From Pseudomonadota bacterium (GTDB taxonomy: Bacteria; Desulfobacterota; Desulfobacteria; Desulfobacterales; RPRI01), in contig JBDRRF010000116.1 in the NCBI GenBank assembly GCA_043825875.1, forward strand, positions 32,552 through 96,551: 64,000 bases of DNA. Reading direction: 5' to 3'. Position 1 is the first letter of the stretch. The number at the start of each line of letters is the position of its first letter. The translations under genes and the position numbers were made by a program. Shown here piece after piece: positions 1 to 9,135 of the stretch. The notes below the pieces were generated by a model. It saw nothing but the letters and a program-made list of their open reading frames with translations, was not told the origin of the DNA and searched no databases.

Positions 1-1351
1 GCGTTCTCAATGAAGCTATGGAATAATTACGCTTGTCATAGAGATCTAATTCCAGCAAAAGAGTAGGAAGCCCGAGTTCTTTTTCTATTTCTTCTTTGAT
101 AAGCTTGCTTGTAGATACTATCGGGCGGCAGCTGAACGGATAGGTATAGATAACACCATCCACATCAACAAGTTTCAAGCCGTCCATATTTCTTTTAATC
201 CAGCCATAAGTACTGTGGTAAGCTCCGGTGAACATAGCCTGTTCGGCTCTCTTTTCTCCAAGGGTTTCATAAGGATATGGTTCCGGAGGACGCAAAGGCG
301 GTAACAATATCATTGATAAAGGCACTGCCAGACCGACTTCTTCAATCAGGCGGTTGAAAGCAGTATCAGAAATGCTTTGCAGTAGTATAACAACCCTGGG
401 GCTTCCCTTCGGAACAACCCCGAACCCTTCTTCAAACCTTTTACCTACTTCTTTTGCAAGTATCTCAATGGCTTCAGGACCTTCTTCAATAGCAACACCT
501 GTGCAACCGGTCGGAATTGCAAATATCAATTGCGTATCGGCCACACTAAGCGGAACAGGATCTGCTGTTATATACCTGACCAGTTCATTTATTGACGTAT
601 AAAGCCGCCCGGACACTTCCCTAGCCTTGTCCCAAACTTCTTCATTTATTTCAAGCCCGAATTTTTCTTTAAGACTATCAAATAATTTATTTAACTGCGC
701 TCCTAGATAATGAACAGTTTCGCGATCATGGTCGGGCCATGCACCCCATGGTGAATCCAAACAACTATCGACATATTCGACAGGATAACCGTATTTATAC
801 TGCATCAGTTCATCCGCCTTAGGCCCCATGTCACAAAAATAACTGGTAGCTATAGAAAGGTCTGGAAGAGGAATAATGCCTTTTTCAAGAGCACCAAGCT
901 TAATTTGAAGTAATCCACACATCGCATGCCCGGGCGGCAATCCTGCCGATTCCCCTTCTTCCAGTATTGGCGTAAGTTTATCAAATATCTGACCAAGCGT
1001 CTGACATAATACCACTTCAGGACAACCTACATAAAAATCATTTTTTGATTTTGCTGCTACTTTGATTGCAGAACCGGTATATTGAAAAGGAGGGTAGCCA
1101 AAGTATATGATCTTTTTACCTTCTTCCCTTGCAAGCACGACATCAAACAATTCTTTAAGCCATATGCCAAGCAATTTCCTGATACCCATAAGTCCGATAT
1201 CAAAATATTTGTTAATCCTTTCTACAGCTGTTTTCATGTCAGCCGGACCCAATTCAAGTATTTGAAAAACTCTTTCAAGCCGATCCTTTTGACTTGCTAT
1301 CTCAGCTTCGTCAAATGCACAAAGCTTAAGAAGTTCATGATAATAGGTCAT
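1..1351 (-). CDS. 2-hydroxyacyl-CoA dehydratase family (HgdA/B-like) subunit; 3' end runs off the window
   Basis: Not in the ORF track. Manual translation from ATG 1351 (AGGAGA upstream) gives MTYYHELLKLCAFD...GHAMCGLLQ...SYFCDMGPK...DGVIYTYPFSCRP...GLPTLLLELDLYDKRNYSIASLRT, open to base 1. The C-terminus is typical of HGD-D proteins and it is in tandem with the next subunit. Confidence 0.8.
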   Translation of the reverse strand, partial: MTYYHELLKLCAFDEAEIASQKDRLERVFQILELGPADMKTAVERINKYFDIGLMGIRKLLGIWLKELFDVVLAREEGKKIIYFGYPPFQYTGSAIKVAAKSKNDFYVGCPEVVLCQTLGQIFDKLTPILEEGESAGLPPGHAMCGLLQIKLGALEKGIIPLPDLSIATSYFCDMGPKADELMQYKYGYPVEYVDSCLDSPWGAWPDHDRETVHYLGAQLNKLFDSLKEKFGLEINEEVWDKAREVSGRLYTSINELVRYITADPVPLSVADTQLIFAIPTGCTGVAIEEGPEAIEILAKEVGKRFEEGFGVVPKGSPRVVILLQSISDTAFNRLIEEVGLAVPLSMILLPPLRPPEPYPYETLGEKRAEQAMFTGAYHSTYGWIKRNMDGLKLVDVDGVIYTYPFSCRPIVSTSKLIKEEIEKELGLPTLLLELDLYDKRNYSIASLRT

Positions 1352-1356
1352 GGCAT

Positions 1357-2496
1357 TTATCTCCTTATGCTTTCAAAAAAGGTTTCTATGCGAGTTTGCA
1401 TCTGTCCGATTTCGGAAGGGTCATAATCTGAATCTAATGTAAGCATGGAAAGGCCTGTTTCCTTGTTTAGAATTTCAGGAAAATAATAAGACTCAATTTT
1501 GTAGGCCTCTCTATACATCAATTGGTACCAGATGACCCCATCTACGGAAAATTCCTTTGCCAGTTGAACCAAATGATTCAAACGTTCACCAGCCGGCCTG
1601 AACCAGGCAGGGACAATACGATCTGTGAAATATGCACGAGCAAGAGCCTCCATTGGATCGCCGGTAGTATTTACATTTTTCCAATAGAACTTTATTCCTT
1701 CGGCAAATTCTTCGATAACAACCTGCCCACCGGCTTCTTCTATCAGATCCAATATTTTGCAGTCACCCATTGCAAGCGTTGAGCCGGTCAATAGCAGCCT
1801 TGGCTTTTTTGTATCGGCAAAATTTGCTTTCTGTAACTCCTCAATCAGTGATTCCAGACACTCTATCAGTAGTTTTTTATCAATGACCATGGAAGCATGG
1901 TTGATCATAACAAAGTCTTTGGAACTTATGGGCACGGCATCCGTTTTTCGCATCAGGCTTATCTTCTTTAATAATTCCTTTTCTTTATTACATAATTGAA
2001 TAGCATGCGTAAGCCTTTCTTCGTTTATCTCAATACCGGTTATCTGTTCCAGTTTTGCTTTAACTTTATTTAGACCATGCAGATAATAGCGGTAACCGGA
2101 TTCTTCTTTAATATGAGGAACTCCATAGCGGAATATGTCTATATCCGTATGGTATTCGAGAGTATCTGAAAGAGCCCGGTTATTACTGTCAGTTATCGGG
2201 GCAATGAGAACATCAATAATATTATAGTATGGATTTTCTCCTGAAACAGCAGCTCCTATCTGTGAGCGATAAAATGTATCAATCCATCGGTCGATATAGG
2301 CTATAGACTCTTCGACATTTGTATGATTTCCACCCTGTATCATACATACAGGTATTGCACCGGCAGCTATTGCAAGCTCTTCAGGAAAATACCCGCCGGG
2401 TAAATAACCCACTATTTTAGCACCCTTTTCATTCGCACGCTTCAAATCATCCAACCCGGATTTCAAATATGCTTTTATTTTGGCAATCGCTTCCAT
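1357..2496 (-). CDS. 2-hydroxyacyl-CoA dehydratase / benzoyl-CoA reductase-like subunit (HGD-D family)
   Basis: PEELAIAAGAIP, KPRLLLTGS, VDGVIWYQL and QMQTRIETFFE motifs. Start moved to ATG 2496 (MEAIAK), which has GGAGG upstream. Confidence 0.85.
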   Translation of the reverse strand: MEAIAKIKAYLKSGLDDLKRANEKGAKIVGYLPGGYFPEELAIAAGAIPVCMIQGGNHTNVEESIAYIDRWIDTFYRSQIGAAVSGENPYYNIIDVLIAPITDSNNRALSDTLEYHTDIDIFRYGVPHIKEESGYRYYLHGLNKVKAKLEQITGIEINEERLTHAIQLCNKEKELLKKISLMRKTDAVPISSKDFVMINHASMVIDKKLLIECLESLIEELQKANFADTKKPRLLLTGSTLAMGDCKILDLIEEAGGQVVIEEFAEGIKFYWKNVNTTGDPMEALARAYFTDRIVPAWFRPAGERLNHLVQLAKEFSVDGVIWYQLMYREAYKIESYYFPEILNKETGLSMLTLDSDYDPSEIGQMQTRIETFFESIRR

Positions 2497-2545
2497 TAAA
2501 GCCTCCTTAAAGAGTATGTTACTTATACAATACAAATACCCGCTT

Positions 2546-3556
2546 TTAGTTTGAAAGATCATTTCCGGAAAAAATCCGACTGTAAAGAACCCCATTCCAT
2601 AAATTCTCGGCGCCCTCCAATCCTTTCAACATTTCCGGTGCAGGTGCAACATATTTAATGCGGGCTATTTGATAATCCGAAAAAAATTCTTTCCATGTAA
2701 TTTGCTTTCCTTTCTTTTGCAATTGATAGTTAGGACTATTTAAATCAATTTTAACTTGATATGCTTCTTCAGGCTTTAAAAGTTTGATATCGGATTGTGA
2801 ATAAATAATTTTCTTATTTTTAATAACCTTTACCTTTGCAGGATCTCTTCCATTCCAGCGGGGCAGTATTTCTATCTCGAAAGCACTTCTGTCTTCAGGG
2901 CAAACGATTGCAAGCGGTTTATCTGATGCATTTATAAATTGCAGGGTAATAGCAGAGGCATCATTTTCTTTCCTGTTGCTTCTTTCAGGCATTTTAATAT
3001 TCATTGCCAGCTTTGAATATCGATATCCTTTAATAACCGCTATTCCGTCACCTTTTCCTATCGCAACTTCCATTTCAAGGGGTATCCTAATACCTTTTAG
3101 CGACTTGCCTCTTTCAAGTATGCGTCCTGTACCCTGCTCCATAAAATATTTTTCAATACCAAATTTAAGAGAAGCATTCCATACAAATGGTCCGGTAGTA
3201 TACGCACGTAAATATTTTATTCCGGTTAAAGGTTTTTTTATAGACACTTTTTTGGGGACAAGCACATTGTTATCATCTATTTCATATATGAGATACACGC
3301 GCATCTCGGTAGTCATTTTATCATGCATTTCTTCAGGGAAAAAACTTATCGGAAGGCTTGAAAACTCATAGTTAAGCCACACATAATCTCCGCGAAACAA
3401 ATCCCTTGGATCTACAGGAGCGGTGCGCATATAGACTATATCCCCTGAGTCAAGTATTGTTTCCCGTTGAAAGCAAATTGCCGCAAGTGCAAAACATTGC
3501 AGCAACACCGCAACTATGATTAATATGTTTTTTCGTTTAATCATTTCCACCTGCAT
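2546..3556 (-). CDS. GDYXXLXY domain membrane-anchored protein
   Basis: PVDPRDLFRGDYVWLNY signature; N-terminal TM helix; overlaps the DUF2157 gene, its usual partner. Confidence 0.85.
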   Translation of the reverse strand: MQVEMIKRKNILIIVAVLLQCFALAAICFQRETILDSGDIVYMRTAPVDPRDLFRGDYVWLNYEFSSLPISFFPEEMHDKMTTEMRVYLIYEIDDNNVLVPKKVSIKKPLTGIKYLRAYTTGPFVWNASLKFGIEKYFMEQGTGRILERGKSLKGIRIPLEMEVAIGKGDGIAVIKGYRYSKLAMNIKMPERSNRKENDASAITLQFINASDKPLAIVCPEDRSAFEIEILPRWNGRDPAKVKVIKNKKIIYSQSDIKLLKPEEAYQVKIDLNSPNYQLQKKGKQITWKEFFSDYQIARIKYVAPAPEMLKGLEGAENLWNGVLYSRIFSGNDLSN

Positions 3557-4862
3557 TCTTTTTTACTTTTGATGTTTTAATGGAAACTGCCAGGATAAAG
3601 ACCCCGGCCAGCAAAAAACAGAAAGATCGAATCAGAAGATTATCCGTAAAAGACATAAAGCGTGCTATTATAACGATAACAACGATAAGACACCCGGCAA
3701 AAGATATACCGGTTCTTCCCGATCCGGTTCCGGAAAAAATAAGTACAATTCCATGAAACAAAGCAATTATATTAAAACCTATGACAGCTACATTTTTAAG
3801 AAGGAATTTAGACTCGTAAGACTTAGCTGATATGCCAGCAAACAGAATTATCATTGTAAGGATAAACCCGGCAAAAACAAGCAGATTGCTTTTTTGTGGT
3901 AGGGATTTGATACGTTCCGAGAAAGTATTTAAAGGAAATAATAATGTTACCCATATGGCTAATACAGAAAATGTCATTACCACTGGGTAAACAATTCCCA
4001 CATAACCGATATGTGGTTTTCCTGACAACAGAGTGTGTTTCATAATTTCAGGAAATGTGAACGTAATAAGCATAACAAAATATAGAACAAGGCCTATTGC
4101 TTCGGGAGGTACTGCGCAACTTTCATAAGATGATCTTCTGATTAATAGTCCAGCGCCAACACTCAAAGCGCCAAGGCTAAGAAGTACAACAAGTGGATCA
4201 ACCAGGCTGAACCGGCATTGAATCGCACAAACAACTATAAAAGAAACGGTTGCAATTGCAGCAGGAAACCAGTTTTTGTTATAAAAGGAAAAGAGTATAA
4301 CCGGTGCCGATACATATAAAACAGGCCACAACATGAGAGCATCAAACCTGATTTCCATTATTTGCCATATAATAACCAGAACGGCAAATAAAAGCATTTG
4401 GGGAGTGGATTTAAGGATAAACATCATCAACAGAGGTCCGATAGACCAGAGAAGAATACCATTTGGAGCGTGCTCGTCAATATGATAGATCTGGGCAATA
4501 AGTATAATCGCAGCGCCAAAGAGAAAAGAGCCAAGCAGATGACAGAATTCAGCATGTGCATTTTTTTCAGGTTTTTGGCCCAGCCATAGTCCAACTCCAT
4601 GAGCAATAATAAATGACAAAAATATGGTAGCAAGCTTCATCCATTTTGTCATGTCCTGCCAGTTATAGGCAAAAAAACTGATTACCCCAAGACCAATAAA
4701 AAGAGCACTGATACTTATTAAAATACGCGTTAGCAGGCTATGCCCCTGTTCAATCGGCTGCTCATTGATTATTCTCTCCGACTGCTCGGAAGTAATAATA
4801 CCCCTATCAATCCATTCCGGCAATTGTCCTTTTAACCATTTCCAGTGTTTTAGTTCACTCAA
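3537..4862 (-). CDS. DUF2157 family multi-pass membrane protein
   Basis: WxxxGIITxEQ start, GLGVISFFAYNW, GAAIILIAQIYHI; many TM helices; TTG start. Confidence 0.85.
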   Translation of the reverse strand: MSELKHWKWLKGQLPEWIDRGIITSEQSERIINEQPIEQGHSLLTRILISISALFIGLGVISFFAYNWQDMTKWMKLATIFLSFIIAHGVGLWLGQKPEKNAHAEFCHLLGSFLFGAAIILIAQIYHIDEHAPNGILLWSIGPLLMMFILKSTPQMLLFAVLVIIWQIMEIRFDALMLWPVLYVSAPVILFSFYNKNWFPAAIATVSFIVVCAIQCRFSLVDPLVVLLSLGALSVGAGLLIRRSSYESCAVPPEAIGLVLYFVMLITFTFPEIMKHTLLSGKPHIGYVGIVYPVVMTFSVLAIWVTLLFPLNTFSERIKSLPQKSNLLVFAGFILTMIILFAGISAKSYESKFLLKNVAVIGFNIIALFHGIVLIFSGTGSGRTGISFAGCLIVVIVIIARFMSFTDNLLIRSFCFLLAGVFILAVSIKTSKVKKNAGGND

Positions 4863-4926
4863 GGCTGTTATTCCTTTTTAAATATTAAAGAGAGTTTTGT
4901 GGTGAAACTGTATTAAGGATTTTTTA

Positions 4927-5223
4927 TTATGCCATAATTTCTTTTATCGGTAATATTTGCTTGCCATGCCGAATCGTAAGAATAGATATTTGCTTCTTTG
5001 ATATATGATAAATAATTCGATAGTTGCCGTATACTATTTCTCTGAATTGGTTGTTTTTAATTTCGGGAACAATCCTTCCCATTTCAGGGGAAGATTTTAG
5101 CTGCTCAACATTTGAAAATATTGTGTTAATCCATTTTTCTGCTGCTGAAGGTTTGTCTTGGGCAATATAATCCACAATTTCAGAAACCCTAACTATAGCC
5201 AGCGGCGACCAAATAATTTTCAT
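4927..5223 (-). CDS. RelE/ParE family type II toxin (intact)
   Basis: MKIIWSPLA...YIAQDKPSAA...PEMGRIVPE...YRIIY...IRHG; 4-bp overlap with the antitoxin. Confidence 0.9.
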   Translation of the reverse strand: MKIIWSPLAIVRVSEIVDYIAQDKPSAAEKWINTIFSNVEQLKSSPEMGRIVPEIKNNQFREIVYGNYRIIYHISKKQISILTIRHGKQILPIKEIMA

Positions 5224-5501
5224 TTTTTGATACGTTTTACAATTTTATCTTTTGCTGCTTCATGATCTACTCCCTGCCCATTTTCTATCTGGTGCAAGGA
5301 TATTTGAACATCGGCAAGAAGTTCAATTTTCTCTTGCAGTGCTTCATATTCATGTACATCCAAAAGAACAGCAACACCTTTTCCATGTTGCGTTATGATT
5401 AGCGGCCTTTTTGTCTCGCGGACTTGTTTTATAAAACTTGCAATGCCCGTTCTCACCTCAGACAATGGTTTTATATCTTGATCAATTTTTATTTTTTGCA
5501 T
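5220..5501 (-). CDS. Phd/YefM family antitoxin
   Basis: DIKPLSEVR...RPLIITQHGKGVAVLLDV; directly upstream of the toxin. Confidence 0.9.
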   Translation of the reverse strand: MQKIKIDQDIKPLSEVRTGIASFIKQVRETKRPLIITQHGKGVAVLLDVHEYEALQEKIELLADVQISLHQIENGQGVDHEAAKDKIVKRIKK

Positions 5502-5528
5502 ACTTTACCTCATTCAAGCTTAAGTTTG

Positions 5529-5562
5529 GTACAATATAACGTACTTTTTATAGTGTAATCAA
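5529..5562 (-). promoter_or_regulatory. Putative sigma70 promoter of the TA operon with GTAC operator boxes
   Basis: Minus strand TTGATT-18 nt-TATATT, with palindromic GTAC boxes at 5529-5532 and 5541-5544 flanking the -10, consistent with TA autoregulation. Confidence 0.45.
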
Positions 5563-5700
5563 GAACAATTTCGGCATAAGATTGAAACTTGAAACAGTAG
5601 GCACTAATCAAAGAATTCTATCTTAACCTATTGTCTGTACAAATAGGCTTTATCCCACAGCTCTGTTTTCACTTTTGCTGATGTAACTCGGATTCTGTGT

Positions 5701-5841
5701 TTACCGGTTCAGATCACAAAGTACTTCTTCCTGAAAACTCAATTTCTGACAATAGCTGCATTTACTATGAATAAAAGCCTTGGATGATTTGGCGCACTCC
5801 AGACATTTTGCAGGAAAATTATCCTGAGATGATATTTTCAC
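5701..5841 (-). pseudogene. Short Cys-rich ORF remnant (46 aa)
   Basis: AAGGAG RBS, then GTG: MKISSQDNFPAKCLECAKSSKAFIHSKCSYCQKLSFQEEVLCDLNR-stop. Two CxxC motifs; looks like the truncated N-terminus of a longer gene. Confidence 0.35.
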
Positions 5842-5936
5842 CAATTCTTATCTCCTTGAATGGAAAACATGAAAAATGGGGAGTTATATTTGTTTAGCAG
5901 GAGTCAAAAGCCGATTCGACTCATTCTTTTCTTTAT

Positions 5937-8639
5937 TTATTGTCTATAAGGTTCAAGTGCTGCCCGGAACTTTGGTGATCCGGGATAATTTAGCCTAACA
6001 GCATTATCATAATATTTAATTGCATTTGGAAACTGCCTTAAAACGTAATATGCCATTGCAATATTGTAATTAGCCAACACATGGTTTGGTGATATTGTTA
6101 ATGCTTTTTTATATTGGATTATAGCTTCAGCAGGCATTTTTTTTAAAAAATATGTATAGCCCAAATTATTCACGGCATCTGCATTATCAGGTTGTAAAGC
6201 AATTGCAGTTTCAAAGCTCCTAACCGAACTATCAAGCAAATTGCTTTTTCCATATATCACTCCAAGAGAATAATGCCCTTGAAAAAAGGAAGGCTTAATT
6301 TCAACTGATTTTTTAAAATGTAAAATAGCATTCTGCATTTGACCCAAGGATTCTAATGCCAAGGCGAGGTTGTAATGTGTTTCGTGTGAATCCGGTTTGT
6401 TTTTAAGTGACATTTCATAATAGTCGATTGCTTTTTCATGTTTTTTAATTCCTGTATAACAGAGTCCAAGAAATGTGTACACTGATTCTAAATTAGGATC
6501 TTTGTTTGCTGCGATTTCGAGATGTGAAATCGCTTCCTCAAATTGTTTTATTTTATATTTTTCAATACCCAAAAAATAATTGGCAAGTGCGTTTTCAGGA
6601 TCAGTTTTCAAAACTTCAGAAAAACTTTCTATTCCTTTCTTTTTTTTATCCATTGCCAGATAAAAGACTCCCAAAGAGTTTTGGATAGATATAATATCTT
6701 GTTTTGCCTCGTTCGCCGATGCCACTTCCAGTGCCTTTTTATAAGTTAATTCGGCTTTTTCATTCATGCCTTGAAGTTTATATGCCTCACCCAGATAATG
6801 ATAAGCCTGATATGATTTTGGATCTGCTTTAAGAGCTTCACTGGAAGCCCATAACACTTTTTCATTCATTCCTTTCTTTCTATAGATATTACATAATCCC
6901 AGATAGGCCGGAGAGTATTTAGAATCATATTTTGTAGCTGATTGATAGGCATCAAAAGCTTTTTCCCAGTTTCCTTTATCAATATAATCATTACCAATGC
7001 AAACATACTCATAGGCGGTAGTATTGCTATGAAGATTTTTTTTTAAATTCTCCAGGCGGTTCCGGCATACGGAACAAAGATCTTCGGATTTTGCATCATG
7101 CTCTTCCAAACTATTAGGATATGAACGAGCACATAAAGGTGTATCACATCTTGGGATTCCAAGTGCAAAATTGGTAGAAGAAAGGGCTTGTTTAAGCAAT
7201 CGATTAATTAGACGAGGTCTGTTTTGTTTTTCATTAGTGTTAACAGAGGCAAATCCGGCATAGGAAATCACACCATAGCTTCCGTCAGTATGACCAAAAA
7301 GAAAGTTACAAGTTTCACAGTAAAGATCCTGTGACGTAACACCAATATAAGCCATAATGGTCTTACTTTTATTAAAAGGGAATATGTTTCTCATTTCTTC
7401 AGTAATCAGTTCCGGATTATATTGTCCTTTTTGACCAAGGTTATCTAAGATATTATTATAATTTTGTAGCTCAATTTCTCCTACCACACCTAATTTATTA
7501 AAGTATGACACAATAAATCGACTTTGATTTGAATAGGAAGAAAGGTCTTCGCTTTTTAAATGTAAGCCGGAAAGCAGCATGTTTTTTTGTAAGGAAGTTA
7601 TATTTTCCGATATTTTTTTAAACACTTCCGATATATATTTTTCCGAATAAATTCTATTTGGTTCTCCAAGGGGAATTGTTTGCCCTGATAATAAGACTTT
7701 TATCCCCATTATATTCTGCAATACTACTCGTAACTCAGATAAAATTTGGTGGTTAACATCGCCTAAAGGTACTAAAAGTATTTCGATTTTTTCATTAGCA
7801 GGCTCAGGTACTAGAAGATGTGGCAAATCAACTTTTAAATCAGATAATATTTTTTTTGTCTTTTCAAACAATCGATCATCTTCGACCAGATTATAAATAT
7901 TTATCAGACGTTTAATCGTCTCTTTACTACGATTTAGTTTTATTAACAATTCACAAAACTTAATTTGATATTCAAAGTTAGTTGGATCAGACTTTAAACC
8001 GGTTTGGTATATTTTAATTGCTCTTTCATTAAGACCTTCATCCTGATAAATTTGGGCTAATCGAAATATATTCTCAATGTTTTTCCTGATTTCTACGGTA
8101 TTATCTTTTTCAATCAAATTATTTACCAACAATTCCAACTCATTTTTACTAATAAATTTATCAGTACATTTTTCTTCTGTAGGCTGGTTATTTATTGCAG
8201 AAGCAGTATTTTGGAAAGAATCGGAATCTACATGAAAAAAAAGAATGCTCCAACTATTTTTCTCTTTGATTATCTTTACTGATACTTTTGCAAGACCATT
8301 TTCAAATTTACCATTTGCCGCATAGTTGCCTGTAATTATTTTTATACCATCCGAAGTTCTTGAAATGATAATCTGACCTTCCGATTTTTGATAATCCTCA
8401 AGTGTGCCAAGTTTTTTTAATAAAAAAAATTGACTCTCAAATTGGGAATAAGTACTATTATTTAGTAACTCTTTATGGCTGTGCTTTGTAAGTTCTGATA
8501 ATTCCCAATTTTGAATGATTTTCGGGACAACATCATCAACATATATTTTTGCTTGGTTATCAAGCTTTTTCATGTTCGTGCATGATACACAGAAAAGAAT
8601 CGTCAAAAAAATAGTTCCGGTTTTTATAATACTATTCAC
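5937..8639 (-). CDS. TPR-repeat lipoprotein with a central archaemetzincin (peptidase M54)-like domain lacking the HExxH motif
   Basis: Lipobox-like FCVSC; ILLVPLG...IGVTSQDLY...NFLFG...GVISY...RLLKQAL...C-x4-C...NSLEEHDAK...CSVC; roughly ten C-terminal TPRs. Confidence 0.75.
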   Translation of the reverse strand: MNSIIKTGTIFLTILFCVSCTNMKKLDNQAKIYVDDVVPKIIQNWELSELTKHSHKELLNNSTYSQFESQFFLLKKLGTLEDYQKSEGQIIISRTSDGIKIITGNYAANGKFENGLAKVSVKIIKEKNSWSILFFHVDSDSFQNTASAINNQPTEEKCTDKFISKNELELLVNNLIEKDNTVEIRKNIENIFRLAQIYQDEGLNERAIKIYQTGLKSDPTNFEYQIKFCELLIKLNRSKETIKRLINIYNLVEDDRLFEKTKKILSDLKVDLPHLLVPEPANEKIEILLVPLGDVNHQILSELRVVLQNIMGIKVLLSGQTIPLGEPNRIYSEKYISEVFKKISENITSLQKNMLLSGLHLKSEDLSSYSNQSRFIVSYFNKLGVVGEIELQNYNNILDNLGQKGQYNPELITEEMRNIFPFNKSKTIMAYIGVTSQDLYCETCNFLFGHTDGSYGVISYAGFASVNTNEKQNRPRLINRLLKQALSSTNFALGIPRCDTPLCARSYPNSLEEHDAKSEDLCSVCRNRLENLKKNLHSNTTAYEYVCIGNDYIDKGNWEKAFDAYQSATKYDSKYSPAYLGLCNIYRKKGMNEKVLWASSEALKADPKSYQAYHYLGEAYKLQGMNEKAELTYKKALEVASANEAKQDIISIQNSLGVFYLAMDKKKKGIESFSEVLKTDPENALANYFLGIEKYKIKQFEEAISHLEIAANKDPNLESVYTFLGLCYTGIKKHEKAIDYYEMSLKNKPDSHETHYNLALALESLGQMQNAILHFKKSVEIKPSFFQGHYSLGVIYGKSNLLDSSVRSFETAIALQPDNADAVNNLGYTYFLKKMPAEAIIQYKKALTISPNHVLANYNIAMAYYVLRQFPNAIKYYDNAVRLNYPGSPKFRAALEPYRQ

Positions 8640-9135
8640 TTAATTATCTCCTGAATATAATATATAGGATACCTTTGACTTATTGAATAATTAACACTAT
8701 TTGAAAGAAATCTTGCTTCTTACTCAAAAATTCGAGGCCCAACCATAGGTATCATTATCTGTCATTCTTCCTATTAATAATAAGTGGCCGTATGCCACTA
8801 TGCGCTTCACCTTGCTCTGCTATAATCTTCCCATCGCGATCTATTAATAAATGCTCCTTAAACGTATCAAAAGCATAAACTACACCGTTAACCTTTAAAT
8901 GACCATTCCCGTTTTTTTAACATCTGTTCTTCGAATTCTCTTTTCCTTACTTCAATATTCATTTAAATTAAATAATTTGTGGTAAATGCTTGTGGTATCA
9001 TGTCCTTATTATTAGAAGATACGCAATAAATATCATCAATATTTCTTGATGATCTTGAAGTCGACTTCAAACCTTTATCACTCTATTGTTTTTTGATTCA
9101 GATAGCGTGCTTAGTAGTACTCCTCTTGAAAAGTG

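Noticed and set aside
8700..8990. Fragmentary minus-strand reading (..HLLIDRDGKII..)
   Set aside because: No start or RBS and too short to assign; may be a decayed gene but is unsupported.
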